Virus record (IMG/VR): IMGVR_UViG_3300028171_000090
Coordinates: 64,001-128,000 of that record
DNA length: 64,000 bases
Source: a virus
Lineage: Duplodnaviria; Caudoviricetes
Strand: one strand, 5' to 3'
The notes under the pieces were generated by a model. That model was not told where the DNA came from. It saw only the letters and a program-made list of their open reading frames with translations, and did not search any database. The position numbers and the translations under genes are program-made. Shown in pieces: positions 19,279 to 28,970 of this stretch. The stretch's first letter is position 1. Each line of letters begins with the position of its first letter.

Positions 19279-19800
19279 ATGATCGAAATGACTACAGCAG
19301 ACGTATTAGAAGTAACAGAAAAAGAGATTTTAGAAAAAGGTAATGAGTGGGTAAATCACTTCTTTACTTTAGATTACGTTACATCTAATGAATTAGAAGC
19401 TTTAATGAATGTATATCGTGCACATACTATTAACAAAGTTGAAGTATACTTTGGTGCACGACATGTTGAAGAGTTCCTATTTAACGGTTGCACACAAAAA
19501 GAAATTCGCATGAAGAAACCTGGTGAAGAAGAATCTCGTGTAGTGAATATCTTCCCAGTTGCAGAATTTGGTGCAGTTAGTTTAGGAAACTATGTTGAAG
19601 TAAATCGTAACACTGTTGTGCATTCACGACCAATGATTAACTTTGACAATATCAATGCTACAGTTTGTCATCATACAAGTCGTAAAACAGTTCGTCGATT
19701 TGAAGTTGGACCTCGTAATAGAGCTTCACATTCACATGAAATTGTATTGCGTGTATACATTCCACAAGAACGTGTACGTCCAGGTCATGAAGTAAAGTAA
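19279..19800 (+). CDS. family A paralogue
   Basis: VEVYFG, FxxxGCTxKEI, LRVYIPQERV; close paralogue of 19882. Confidence 0.85.
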   Translation: MIEMTTADVLEVTEKEILEKGNEWVNHFFTLDYVTSNELEALMNVYRAHTINKVEVYFGARHVEEFLFNGCTQKEIRMKKPGEEESRVVNIFPVAEFGAVSLGNYVEVNRNTVVHSRPMINFDNINATVCHHTSRKTVRRFEVGPRNRASHSHEIVLRVYIPQERVRPGHEVK

Positions 19801-19807
19801 TATTATA

Positions 19808-19881
19808 TAATAAGGTTCGAGGGCTGTCCATAACAGCCCTCACTATCTAATGAAAAATTGGATAGCTAAGAGGAGACGGCA
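19808..19881 (+). promoter_or_regulatory. structured 5' leader, copy 2
   Basis: GAGGGCTGT-CCATA-ACAGCCCTC (compensatory change versus copy 1); CTATCTAAT-GAAAA-ATTGGATAG. Confidence 0.7.
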
Positions 19882-20382
19882 ATGATTAAATTAACTACAG
19901 AAAAAGTACTAACAGTACAACCTATCGATATTCAAGAAATGGGTGAAGAGTATGTGAATCACTTCTTTACCTTAGGCTATATCACTTCTAACGAGTTTGA
20001 TGTTTTATTAGATGTATTTAAAGACAAAGAAATCGATATTGTTGAAGTGTATTTCGGAGGACGTCATAACGAAGCATTCCGTTTACAAGGATGTACTGAG
20101 AAAGAAATTGTTCGAGAACATAAGACTACAAGTCGAACTGATACAGTTAAAATTGAACCTGTATTAAACGATGTGGAAGTTGGAAGATATGTCGAATACA
20201 ATCGTAAACCATTATCGACCAATCAATTACCAGCATTTAATGCAGATCATCTTACTGCTACGGTATGCTCCCATGTCGGTCGTGGAGCGACACGTGGTTT
20301 TGGAGGCATTGTCACTCCTCATTCTATCCCGAGTTTCAGAGCATTGCGAGTATATATTCCTCAGAGTCGTTTATCTGAGTAA
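19882..20382 (+). CDS. family A paralogue
   Basis: YVNHFFTLGYITSNE, VEVYFG, LRVYIPQSRL. Confidence 0.85.
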   Translation: MIKLTTEKVLTVQPIDIQEMGEEYVNHFFTLGYITSNEFDVLLDVFKDKEIDIVEVYFGGRHNEAFRLQGCTEKEIVREHKTTSRTDTVKIEPVLNDVEVGRYVEYNRKPLSTNQLPAFNADHLTATVCSHVGRGATRGFGGIVTPHSIPSFRALRVYIPQSRLSE

Positions 20383-20390
20383 TATAATGA

Positions 20391-20422
20391 AAGGTAGGTT
20401 CATTCCTACCTTTTATTTTTTT
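20391..20422 (+). terminator. intrinsic terminator
   Basis: AAGGTAGG-TTCATT-CCTACCTT then T-tract. Confidence 0.7.
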
Positions 20423-20483
20423 GTCTGTTTTACTATGCTCCTGACCGTAAATCTATGTTCCGTAATAACCCCCTTTTCAGTTA

Positions 20484-20500
20484 CATATTATATTAGTGAA
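20484..20500 (+). promoter_or_regulatory. putative early promoter
   Basis: CATATTATATTAGTGAA. Confidence 0.6.
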
Positions 20501-20540
20501 TACATCAAAACTATACTAATTATAAAGGGGATTTATTATT

Positions 20541-20852
20541 ATGAAAAAATTTACTGACTCAGAATTTTCAAGATTTATGCAGGAGAACGAAGCTTATGTT
20601 AACGGTACAATCATTAGAACTGGTATCTTAACTAAATTTGAAGTAGAAGAATTATTTGACGAAGTTACTTTAACTGACGATGTTGAGAACGTTATCTTCT
20701 ATACTGGTTTCAAAGATGGTGCAGCCTTTAAAGCCGCCGTTGAAGTACATGTCGTCCATCCATTAGATATCACCAAAGTATTTAAAGATAGGACAATCCA
20801 CATATTCATACCGCAGATGCGTATCATGAAGAGTGGATTAGGAGTAGCCTAA
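20541..20852 (+). CDS. family A paralogue, minimal 103-aa form
   Basis: VIFYTG and IHIFIPQMRI, without the central region. Confidence 0.75.
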   Translation: MKKFTDSEFSRFMQENEAYVNGTIIRTGILTKFEVEELFDEVTLTDDVENVIFYTGFKDGAAFKAAVEVHVVHPLDITKVFKDRTIHIFIPQMRIMKSGLGVA

Positions 20853-20874
20853 TTCTAGGTTATTCCTTTTTTTT
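20841..20874 (+). terminator. intrinsic terminator
   Basis: GGAGTAGCCTA-ATTC-TAGGTTATTCC then T8. Confidence 0.75.
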
Positions 20875-20910
20875 GTCTCCATTATGAACTCCCCACCCAT
20901 CTTCACTCTT

Positions 20911-20922
20911 AACAATATATTG
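20911..20922 (+). promoter_or_regulatory. putative late promoter with 5' hairpin
   Basis: AACA-ATATAT-TG then GAGACAA-CAAAC-TTGTCTC. Confidence 0.6.
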
Positions 20923-20968
20923 AGACAACAAACTTGTCTCATATCTTACTTAAAAGGAGTGGATATAT

Positions 20969-22015
20969 ATGGGTTTCATCGTTGATATTTCCCATCATAA
21001 TACTGTAGATTGGTCTTTAGCTAGTAAATACTTAGACTTAGCAATCATTCGTGTCCAATACGGTTCTAACACGGTTGATAGAAAGTATAAGTCTTTCGTT
21101 GAAGGCTGTAAACAATACGGTATTCCTTTCGGTCACTATGCATATGCTTTATTCGTAAGCGTCGAAGATGCTCGTGTGGAAGCACGTGACTTCATGAAAC
21201 GTGCGGATAAAGATGCGAAGTTCTTAGTTGTCGATGTAGAAGAATTGACAATCAAAGGACGCCCTGATTTAATGCTTCCTGCTACACAAGCTTACGTTGA
21301 TGAGTTACGTAAAGCAGGATGGAAAGTTGGCTTATACACTGGTCATCACGTATGGGATGAATTCCGTATGGATAAAGTGGATGCTGACTTCGTTTGGGTA
21401 CCACGTTACGGAGCTAACAAATCTCCTAACCCAGATGGTCCTAAACCAAAAATGCGTGTAGATATTTGGCAATATACTGAGTACGGTAACATTCCAGGTA
21501 TCCAAACACGTTCTGATGTAAATATGCTATTAGGTGATAAAACACTTGAATGGTATACTGGAGCGAGTGTTCCAACACCACCTCCAAGCATTGCACCTGA
21601 CAGTGGTAGTCTTGTTGATAAAAACGCAGGTCTTCCAATTGGTCGTGTAAAAGTAACTGGCACTGGTGTACGTTTACGTGAACAGCCATCTACAAATTCA
21701 AGAATCGTTAAAACACTTGATAAACTTGAGTATTTATACTACGGTTATGTCAAAGGTGAAGACGGTTACATTTGGTGGAACTTAGGTTCTGGATGGGTTC
21801 GTTCTGACGTAGGTGGAGACTTTATTTCTGGTGGAGCTGTAGTAACAGCATCTGTATTAAATGTACGTACAGGTCCAGGAACAAACTTCTCTATTAAGAA
21901 ACAACTTACAAGCGGTGCACAAGTACGCGTTTGGACACGTCAAGGTGATTGGTACTGCATCAATGATGACGAATGGGTTCATGGTGCATATATCACAGTT
22001 CGTGATAAATACTAA
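20969..22015 (+). CDS. endolysin: GH25 muramidase (PlyB-like) + two SH3b domains
   Basis: IVDISHHN, GIPFGHYAY, FVSVEDARVEARDF, DVEE, DIWQYTEYG; C-terminal VRLREQPS..S and LNVRTGPGTN...GWV/WVH SH3b repeats. Confidence 0.93.
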   Translation: MGFIVDISHHNTVDWSLASKYLDLAIIRVQYGSNTVDRKYKSFVEGCKQYGIPFGHYAYALFVSVEDARVEARDFMKRADKDAKFLVVDVEELTIKGRPDLMLPATQAYVDELRKAGWKVGLYTGHHVWDEFRMDKVDADFVWVPRYGANKSPNPDGPKPKMRVDIWQYTEYGNIPGIQTRSDVNMLLGDKTLEWYTGASVPTPPPSIAPDSGSLVDKNAGLPIGRVKVTGTGVRLREQPSTNSRIVKTLDKLEYLYYGYVKGEDGYIWWNLGSGWVRSDVGGDFISGGAVVTASVLNVRTGPGTNFSIKKQLTSGAQVRVWTRQGDWYCINDDEWVHGAYITVRDKY

Positions 22016-22019
22016 GAAA

Positions 22020-22050
22020 GAGAGTAGACTTCGGTCTACTCTTCTTTTTT
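22020..22050 (+). terminator. intrinsic terminator
   Basis: GAGAGTAGAC-TTCG-GTCTACTCTT then T-tract. Confidence 0.85.
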
Positions 22051-22108
22051 GTCATTTTTTAGAAATCATCCTACATTATATTGAGAAACCTTAGAGGAGG
22101 AAATAGAA

Positions 22109-22684
22109 ATGACGACAGACTTACATAAGGCTGAGAAAGTATATGAAAATATTCGCTTAGAGAATATAGATAAAGGACTTAATAAAATTACAAAATTATG
22201 TAGAGATGGCTCATTACTACATGAGCATCATGATATTATCTTAGATAGACTCGCACAAGGTGAAAAGGTTATCGATAGTATTGCAATCTTCGAAGGTCAG
22301 AATGATATGTTTACATTTATCGATGAGGCTACAAACAAGCACATATCTCGAATTGGTGTAAAACCATTCGATTCATTTGATACTCATAAAGTTACAGTAT
22401 TATTTGGAACTTATCAACCTAAAACAAGAAAAATTAAAAACTTTGCATATATGAATCGTAATGGTGTTATGCAAACTGAAATTATGGAATCATGTACCGC
22501 TTGTGATGAAGATGGTGTAGCAATTCCAATGTTTATAAATAATGTTATTATATGCGAAGTAGAAGTAGAAATAGCTACACGCCCAAATAATGAAATGCAA
22601 TGGTATAAACCTGCTGACGTTATGGGTGTTTACCGACATATTATGGTATATGTACCAACTACAGAAAAGGGAGAGAATAAATAA
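22109..22684 (+). CDS. family A paralogue
   Basis: SIAIFEG, VLFGT, IMVYVPT. Confidence 0.8.
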   Translation: MTTDLHKAEKVYENIRLENIDKGLNKITKLCRDGSLLHEHHDIILDRLAQGEKVIDSIAIFEGQNDMFTFIDEATNKHISRIGVKPFDSFDTHKVTVLFGTYQPKTRKIKNFAYMNRNGVMQTEIMESCTACDEDGVAIPMFINNVIICEVEVEIATRPNNEMQWYKPADVMGVYRHIMVYVPTTEKGENK

Positions 22685-23289
22685 TGATTACACTATCAAA
22701 AGAACTTACATTACAACATATCGAGAAGGACGGGCTGGATAAATTCCTTCCTAAGAATTCATCATTACACTTCTCACAAGATCATACAGATGCAATTAAA
22801 ACATTACTACAAGATGATACATATGGACTTAAATTAGTACACTTATACGATGGTGGGGATTGCTCATTATTCTCGAAGGACTTCTTAGACTTCGCATTTA
22901 AGTGTATTGATATGGATGAAACAGTTCCTACGAATATGCAATACCCTGTGGGAGAAGTTCCAAATATCTCTGAAATTATTGGTAATAAAACTACCACTCG
23001 ACGAGTGGATATCGTTAAGGGTGCTGACGCTATTCTTAAAGGTAATAAATGTATCCATACGTCACAGAAAATGACACATACTGGACAATTGGAAATCATG
23101 ACAACTACATCCGAAAAACTTACTAAGTTCCCGGGTAAAAAAGAGATTATTATTGCACTAGTAAAAGATTATGAATCTCATCGTATATTTGCAGAACGCT
23201 CTGCTACAAGTACGAAACCTGAATACTCATTACATATTCTAATGCCAGGTACCTTATTTGAAGAATTTACAGAAAGTGAGGAGAACTAG
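22684..23289 (+). CDS. family A paralogue
   Basis: LVHLYDG, LHILMPG. Confidence 0.75.
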   Translation: MITLSKELTLQHIEKDGLDKFLPKNSSLHFSQDHTDAIKTLLQDDTYGLKLVHLYDGGDCSLFSKDFLDFAFKCIDMDETVPTNMQYPVGEVPNISEIIGNKTTTRRVDIVKGADAILKGNKCIHTSQKMTHTGQLEIMTTTSEKLTKFPGKKEIIIALVKDYESHRIFAERSATSTKPEYSLHILMPGTLFEEFTESEEN

Positions 23290-23290
23290 T

Positions 23291-23830
23291 ATGCATATAT
23301 TTGGAGACGGACTAGAACATATTGGTCAATTAATAAAAACAATGCAAGCACGATATGATCACATGGTAGAGAATAATATCATATCGGAAATGGATAGAAA
23401 TATTACAGCTACATTACTGAAGAACTTATCATCTGATAAGTTTCTTCGTTTTGTATATCATCATAAAGATGATATTAACTCTCAAGAAATGTCTATCACT
23501 GACGTATTATATAATGAAAAGTATTACGGTAAAAATGATGAGTGTATGGAGATGTCAAGTATCTTTGTAAAGGCTATTGATAGTGATATTGAATTTGGTG
23601 ATAAGCATATTCGCCAGACAGTAGAGACTATTTTTGGTAAAACACGTCAGACTCTCATTGCTGATACAGATAAAGAATTTGAGAACTTTGATATTGAGAA
23701 GCCTCATATCTTTATTAGAACAATTACTCGTTGCGTAAAAGAGTTAACTACAGGAAAAGAGCATGATGAAGTGTATAATGAACTACATGTATATCAGCCT
23801 AATATTAACCCTACAATTCCAGTAGAATAA
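23291..23830 (+). CDS. family A paralogue
   Basis: DIEFG, LHVYQPN. Confidence 0.75.
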   Translation: MHIFGDGLEHIGQLIKTMQARYDHMVENNIISEMDRNITATLLKNLSSDKFLRFVYHHKDDINSQEMSITDVLYNEKYYGKNDECMEMSSIFVKAIDSDIEFGDKHIRQTVETIFGKTRQTLIADTDKEFENFDIEKPHIFIRTITRCVKELTTGKEHDEVYNELHVYQPNINPTIPVE

Positions 23831-23857
23831 AAAACGTAACAAATGTGTATTCAGTCA

Positions 23858-23874
23858 TACATTATATTAGTGAG
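23858..23874 (+). promoter_or_regulatory. putative early promoter
   Basis: TACATTATATTAGTGAG. Confidence 0.7.
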
Positions 23875-23884
23875 TAAGCCATTA

Positions 23885-23955
23885 ATAAAGGTTTTAGGGT
23901 TGTCCATAACAACCCTCCCCCATACTTATAAGGTATGGAGATAAGGAGCTAAGAA
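23885..23955 (+). promoter_or_regulatory. structured 5' leader, copy 3
   Basis: TAAAGGTTTT-AGGGTTGT-CCATA-ACAACCCT, then second hairpin CCATAC-TTATAAG-GTATGG. Confidence 0.65.
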
Positions 23956-24426
23956 ATGGAATTATACGTAAGAGAAGAACTTATGAAGTACAATGAATCT
24001 ATGATCCCGCATGGCGGATTAATGAAAGATTCAGAAAAGAAAGTATTAGTTTCACACTTAAAGAAGAATGATGATATCACAGGAGTTCGCTTCTTCTTTG
24101 GGAATGGAGAGTTATCGCCATTCAAGAAACTAGCGTGCTATGACAGTAACTTTAAACAAACGTCTGACCGAATGGAAATGCGTCGTATTAAAGTCTTATC
24201 AGGTAACGTGTCAGTAGGAAAAGTGGAAGACTCAGTCTATCCAAAGTATCAACCCAATAGTGAAAAACGAAGCGAATGCTTCGTTGATTCTAATCAGTTT
24301 ACTATGACCCTAGCAGAAGATTTAGTTGGAGTTATACATGCTGACAAAATGAAATATAGAGGCGATGGAAGTATTATGTATATACACATTCCAGAGAATC
24401 GCATTCTGCAAGCAGAACAGGGATAA
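23956..24426 (+). CDS. family A paralogue
   Basis: VRFFFG, KVLSGNVSVG, MYIHIPENRI. Confidence 0.85.
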   Translation: MELYVREELMKYNESMIPHGGLMKDSEKKVLVSHLKKNDDITGVRFFFGNGELSPFKKLACYDSNFKQTSDRMEMRRIKVLSGNVSVGKVEDSVYPKYQPNSEKRSECFVDSNQFTMTLAEDLVGVIHADKMKYRGDGSIMYIHIPENRILQAEQG

Positions 24427-24472
24427 AGCTAAAAGCTTTATCCTACTAATTTATTTGAGGAGAGATATTACA

Positions 24473-24973
24473 ATGAAAACACTATCACATGATGAAACAT
24501 TACACTCACTATTCTCACCGAACGTATTAGGTTTAAAAGACTTTATGTTAATGCATAATGAATTACACGTTCTACTCGCAACATTACACAAAGAAAAATT
24601 TGACTTAGTTCATATATACTCGGATCGAAATGAAGCGTATTCTAAAACACAAAAGTTTATAGATAATGCTTTAACTCGTATGTTAGTAAAATATGTATCA
24701 GTGACTGAACCAGATACTAAAATTACGTATGCTACAGCAAATTATGTATTATACGGAGAAGCTACATGCGGTTCATTAGAGTTTGCGGATGTAGCCTATG
24801 ATTGTCTTATGGAGCATCCACGTATAGGAGAAGTCGAACGACCTCATGTACAAGGAACTTTAAATGAAAGCAAGTTACAAATTGTTCAGGTAAATCGTTA
24901 TGGAACGAATGACGATGGGCAAGAACATGACCTCAAAGAATTACACATTTATATTCCTAATAATCGTATATAG
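24473..24973 (+). CDS. family A paralogue
   Basis: LVHIYSD, VLYGEATCG, LHIYIPNNRI; SD GAGGAG. Confidence 0.85.
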   Translation: MKTLSHDETLHSLFSPNVLGLKDFMLMHNELHVLLATLHKEKFDLVHIYSDRNEAYSKTQKFIDNALTRMLVKYVSVTEPDTKITYATANYVLYGEATCGSLEFADVAYDCLMEHPRIGEVERPHVQGTLNESKLQIVQVNRYGTNDDGQEHDLKELHIYIPNNRI

Positions 24974-25043
24974 GTTTATCAATGGTAACACCGGATGGAG
25001 ATAAAACTCCATCCGATAATATAATAGAAAGAGGTTATTAAAA

Positions 25044-25598
25044 ATGACTATTCTAACTAAAGAGGTGGCTTTACAATCATTAGACAGTAATGTGATTTTG
25101 GGAATTAGAGGATTTCAACCAGCTGAGAATGTAATTGCAGTTCTACGGCATCAATTGCAGTTCAGTAATATTATAGATGATGTAGCGGTATACATGGGAT
25201 ACAAGGAGTATCCTGTATTCACTATGCACGCTACCACAAAAAGAGATGGCATATACAAGCTTGATGGTGGGACATTAGAAATAAAGCAAAAGGTAACACC
25301 GGAATGGTTACTCATTCCAAAAGACATCAAGATTCCAGACACACATGTAAATGCGGCGGTTATATTCGATCCATTCAATAGTGGTCGATGTGTGGATGTT
25401 GATATCGATGTCAGAGGTGAGTCAAAAGACTATGACCCTAAAAATCTCCATGAGAATATTTTAATCATTCGAGTCACACATTCCTATCAGACTCTGGAAA
25501 ATGAAGAAGTAACTGATTCGGATATTAAGTCCAGGTTACATGTCTATATACCAGATACCGTTATGGAATTGTGTTACAACTACAGAGGGATAAAATAA
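25044..25598 (+). CDS. family A paralogue
   Basis: VAVYMG, LHVYIPD. Confidence 0.8.
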   Translation: MTILTKEVALQSLDSNVILGIRGFQPAENVIAVLRHQLQFSNIIDDVAVYMGYKEYPVFTMHATTKRDGIYKLDGGTLEIKQKVTPEWLLIPKDIKIPDTHVNAAVIFDPFNSGRCVDVDIDVRGESKDYDPKNLHENILIIRVTHSYQTLENEEVTDSDIKSRLHVYIPDTVMELCYNYRGIK

Positions 25599-25611
25599 GG
25601 GGGAAATAATA

Positions 25612-26136
25612 ATGACTACATTAAAACATGAAGAAGCATTCTTATCAATATTTGGACCAAGACCTTTTGGGATTAGTAGATTAGAATTAGGAGACGGAGA
25701 TAGATCAGCATTCATAGGTGTTTTCACAACACATCATATTGATGCAGTACACATTTATGCTGATGCCGCAGAAAGAGGTCCTGCATATCGCAAGTTCCTA
25801 TCAAATGCATGTACAGGAAGAGACTTCACATATACAATGATGGAGGATGGAAAAGAAGTAACAATCCGTCATGTGGCTATGCCTGTAGTGATAATCGGAG
25901 ATATTAAAATAACAAAAGCAAAAGCAAAAGCATCATTCCAAGCATATGGATATGGTTATAATTATGATACAGAAATCATCGAAGGTGTAAATATCGTCGA
26001 GGGTAAAACATTTGAAATTGGAAACATAGAAGATTTTGGTACACGTAACTTATTTGCAACTATGATCGTTAGGGAAGTAACGAGAGAAGAACAACCAATA
26101 AGTTTACATTATGAATTACACGTTTGTTTAACATAA
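25612..26136 (+). CDS. family A paralogue
   Basis: AVHIYAD, VIIGDIKI, LHVCL; close to 24473. Confidence 0.8.
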   Translation: MTTLKHEEAFLSIFGPRPFGISRLELGDGDRSAFIGVFTTHHIDAVHIYADAAERGPAYRKFLSNACTGRDFTYTMMEDGKEVTIRHVAMPVVIIGDIKITKAKAKASFQAYGYGYNYDTEIIEGVNIVEGKTFEIGNIEDFGTRNLFATMIVREVTREEQPISLHYELHVCLT

Positions 26137-26158
26137 CTAATTAGGAGGAATTTTAACA

Positions 26159-26665
26159 ATGTCGGAATTAAAAAATTATAAAACACTTAATATGGCGGAA
26201 CGAAAGGCGATTTTAATCGGAACGATTATCAAGCGTACGCGAGGTGCATTAACTAAATCTCAGATTGAAGCTGTAGTGAGTAATATGGATGTGATGGAAC
26301 AATACAGAATTAACGTATATGAAACTTCAAAGAAATTTGCTGAAAAATGTTTTGATAAAGATATTACTAAATCTAAAGCAGGTAACACAGTACCAACTTA
26401 CGTAAAACAATATTGCCGTGTAATCGTAGGTAATGTAGAAGTAGGTAAGAAGATTGAGAAGGAAGCTACTTTCTATAGTCAAGCTGAAAGTAAATTACAA
26501 TTACCAAACTTCTCAGTTGATGAAGTAGCAGTAATTGAGATTACAAGTAAAGACCCTAACTTTGATAAGATGCATAAAGAAGTTGCAATCTACTTACCAG
26601 AGGGTCAACCATATAAAATGGATAAAGAGATAGAAATCATTACGAAGTTATTTGACATCGTTTAA
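26159..26665 (+). CDS. family A paralogue
   Basis: INVYE, VIVGNVEVG, VAIYLPE. Confidence 0.8.
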   Translation: MSELKNYKTLNMAERKAILIGTIIKRTRGALTKSQIEAVVSNMDVMEQYRINVYETSKKFAEKCFDKDITKSKAGNTVPTYVKQYCRVIVGNVEVGKKIEKEATFYSQAESKLQLPNFSVDEVAVIEITSKDPNFDKMHKEVAIYLPEGQPYKMDKEIEIITKLFDIV

Positions 26666-26676
26666 TGATTAGGGGG

Positions 26677-26709
26677 AGGGTAAGCAAAAGCTTACCCTTA
26701 TTTTTTTTT
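26677..26709 (+). terminator. intrinsic terminator
   Basis: AGGGTAAGC-AAAA-GCTTACCCT then long T-tract. Confidence 0.85.
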
Positions 26710-26744
26710 GGGTTCATAGTAAATATTCACTCCTTCTATAAATA

Positions 26745-26761
26745 TACATTATAGTAGCGAA
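26745..26761 (+). promoter_or_regulatory. putative early promoter
   Basis: TACATTATAGTAGCGAA upstream of nvRNAP beta-C. Confidence 0.6.
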
Positions 26762-26806
26762 TGATGTAAACTATAACATCATAACTATAGGGAGTGTGAT
26801 TTTAAA

Positions 26807-28867
26807 ATGTCAATTAAAAACATTAAAGAGCAGATGCTAGAGTTAGATCGAAAGTATGAAGGAAAAGATGACATTCTAGGAAAGAATGTATTGACGATGG
26901 CGAATCGTACAAACTCATCTCGTGCAATCATGGTAAGTAGTCAGTTAGATCAGAACGTAGTTCTACTGAATCCAGAGATTCCGAAGATGTATACCAACTA
27001 TGAGAATATAGTTGGAGAATTTAGTTCTGCTTATTATCGAGCGGAAGCACAATTAGTCGTGGTAGGAAAAATTCAGAAGTTTGAAGATAATCCTGACCAC
27101 TTATATACATTACTCGTATTCAATACAGAAACACAAAAGTTCGATGTTATTGAAAAGAGAAGTAATGAACGCTTAACAGAGTCTTACGGGTATAAATATA
27201 ATACTCAGAAATTAGACTCAAAGGAAATAGATGATACAATTGAAGCAGGTGAAGTATTATTTAGCAGTACTTCATTTGATGAAAATATGAACTATCGTTA
27301 TGGTATCAATGTAAACTGTATGTATGGTATTGATAACCGAACGATAGAGGATGCGATTGTTATATCAGAATCTCTTCGAGATGGATTAAAGTCTATCGAA
27401 GTAGAGAACGTTCGCATCTCACTAAATGATAATGACCTTCTCATCAATATGTATGGAGGGGAAGATGGATATCGAGCATTCCCTGATATTGGAGAGATGA
27501 TTAATAAAGATACAATCTTGGCTTGTAAGCGTCGAATTACATACTCTCAATCTCTATATGATTTAAAGTATGAAAATATGCAGAAGCCTAACTTTAGAAA
27601 TGATACAACGTTCTATGCACAAGGAAAAGTAGTTGATATTAATATCTATTGTAATAAACCATATGACGAAATTCCAAAAGCAAAGTACAATAAACAAATT
27701 ATGAAATACTACGATAATGAATTACGTTATCATAGAGAAGTCGTACAAACGCTTGGAGAGATTATGAAGACTGGTCAATATACAGAAGACCTAGACTTTA
27801 TGTACAAGCGTTCGAAAGATATCTTAGACCCAACTTGTAGTTGGAAAGATAGCAATAACTCAACATTCAGTAACATGGTTATTGAGTTCGTTGTTGAGAA
27901 AGAATCTGGTGTTACAATCGGACAAAAACTTACAGGACGCTTCGGTGACAAAGGGGTTATCAGTCAGATTGTTCCTGATGATGAAATGCCTTTCACAGAA
28001 ACAGGTCTTCGTGTAGATGCCATATTCAACGTTCTAGGTGTTGTTAACCGTTTAAATCCAGGTCAGTTATATGAAGTGGAGTTAAATTTTATTGGACACC
28101 GAGTAAGAGAACGATTAGCAGAAATGGCATCATTAACTGATAAAGAAAACTTCTTATTCGATATCATTAATGATATTAATACAACTCAGGCTAATGCATT
28201 AATTAACTATTATTCACCATTAGCTGAGGATGAGAAGCTTGCCTTCTTTGAAGATATTGATAAGAATGGTATCATGATACATCAACCACCGATGTATGAT
28301 AATATGACACTTGATAAGTTTGAGTTTATTTATGACAAGTATGGATTCGAACCATATACTTGCTATGTAAACAAATTTGGTCGCAAGATCAAAATGCTAA
28401 ACAAAGTTGTTGTAGGAAGCAAATATATTCTGAAGTTGAAACATACACCGAAAGGTAAGTTCTCAACTCGTAGTACCGGATACTCAAACAGTAAAGACCT
28501 ACCATCTAAGTCTATTGCAAATAAACATCATCGTTCTATTTATCAAAAGACACCAGTACGTGTAGGGGAAATGGAGTATTCTAACTTACTGATGACACAA
28601 CGACCAGACCTATTAGCGTATATGTCTATGCTATATAGTACGTCTGTAATCGGTCGTCGTGATACAGGTCAGTTATATGAAAACAATGTATTAGATTTAG
28701 AGAATATTGAAATGTCAGATAATGCAAAGAACCGTGCAGCAGAGATTGCAACAGTGTACTTAAAGTCTATTGGTATCGGATTAGAATTCGAGATTGAAGA
28801 CGGGGAAGAAGTAGCTGATGAAACTCAATTAAACGGGGTTGTATTTGAAGATGAAGATGAGGAGTAG
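26807..28867 (+). CDS. non-virion RNA polymerase beta subunit, C-terminal part (AR9 gp089-like)
   Basis: EDAIVISES, GQKLTGRFGDKGVIS, DAIFNVLGVVNRLNPGQL, LKLKH, KFSTRSTG, PVRVGEME. Confidence 0.93.
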   Translation: MSIKNIKEQMLELDRKYEGKDDILGKNVLTMANRTNSSRAIMVSSQLDQNVVLLNPEIPKMYTNYENIVGEFSSAYYRAEAQLVVVGKIQKFEDNPDHLYTLLVFNTETQKFDVIEKRSNERLTESYGYKYNTQKLDSKEIDDTIEAGEVLFSSTSFDENMNYRYGINVNCMYGIDNRTIEDAIVISESLRDGLKSIEVENVRISLNDNDLLINMYGGEDGYRAFPDIGEMINKDTILACKRRITYSQSLYDLKYENMQKPNFRNDTTFYAQGKVVDINIYCNKPYDEIPKAKYNKQIMKYYDNELRYHREVVQTLGEIMKTGQYTEDLDFMYKRSKDILDPTCSWKDSNNSTFSNMVIEFVVEKESGVTIGQKLTGRFGDKGVISQIVPDDEMPFTETGLRVDAIFNVLGVVNRLNPGQLYEVELNFIGHRVRERLAEMASLTDKENFLFDIINDINTTQANALINYYSPLAEDEKLAFFEDIDKNGIMIHQPPMYDNMTLDKFEFIYDKYGFEPYTCYVNKFGRKIKMLNKVVVGSKYILKLKHTPKGKFSTRSTGYSNSKDLPSKSIANKHHRSIYQKTPVRVGEMEYSNLLMTQRPDLLAYMSMLYSTSVIGRRDTGQLYENNVLDLENIEMSDNAKNRAAEIATVYLKSIGIGLEFEIEDGEEVADETQLNGVVFEDEDEE

Positions 28868-28891
28868 ACCATTGGTCTACTCTTCTTTTTT
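28862..28891 (+). terminator. intrinsic terminator
   Basis: GAGTAGACC-ATT-GGTCTACTC then T-tract. Confidence 0.75.
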
Positions 28892-28970
28892 ACATATATT
28901 TGGTAATAAATAAAAATAATGACAACTAATTATTATAGAAAGAAAATACATTTCCTGAGGAGGAACTATA

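Noticed and set aside
13798-26665. Diversity-generating retroelement or CRISPR-like repeat behind the family A array
   Set aside because: No reverse transcriptase, no TR/VR pair differing only at adenines, and no regularly spaced direct repeats were seen
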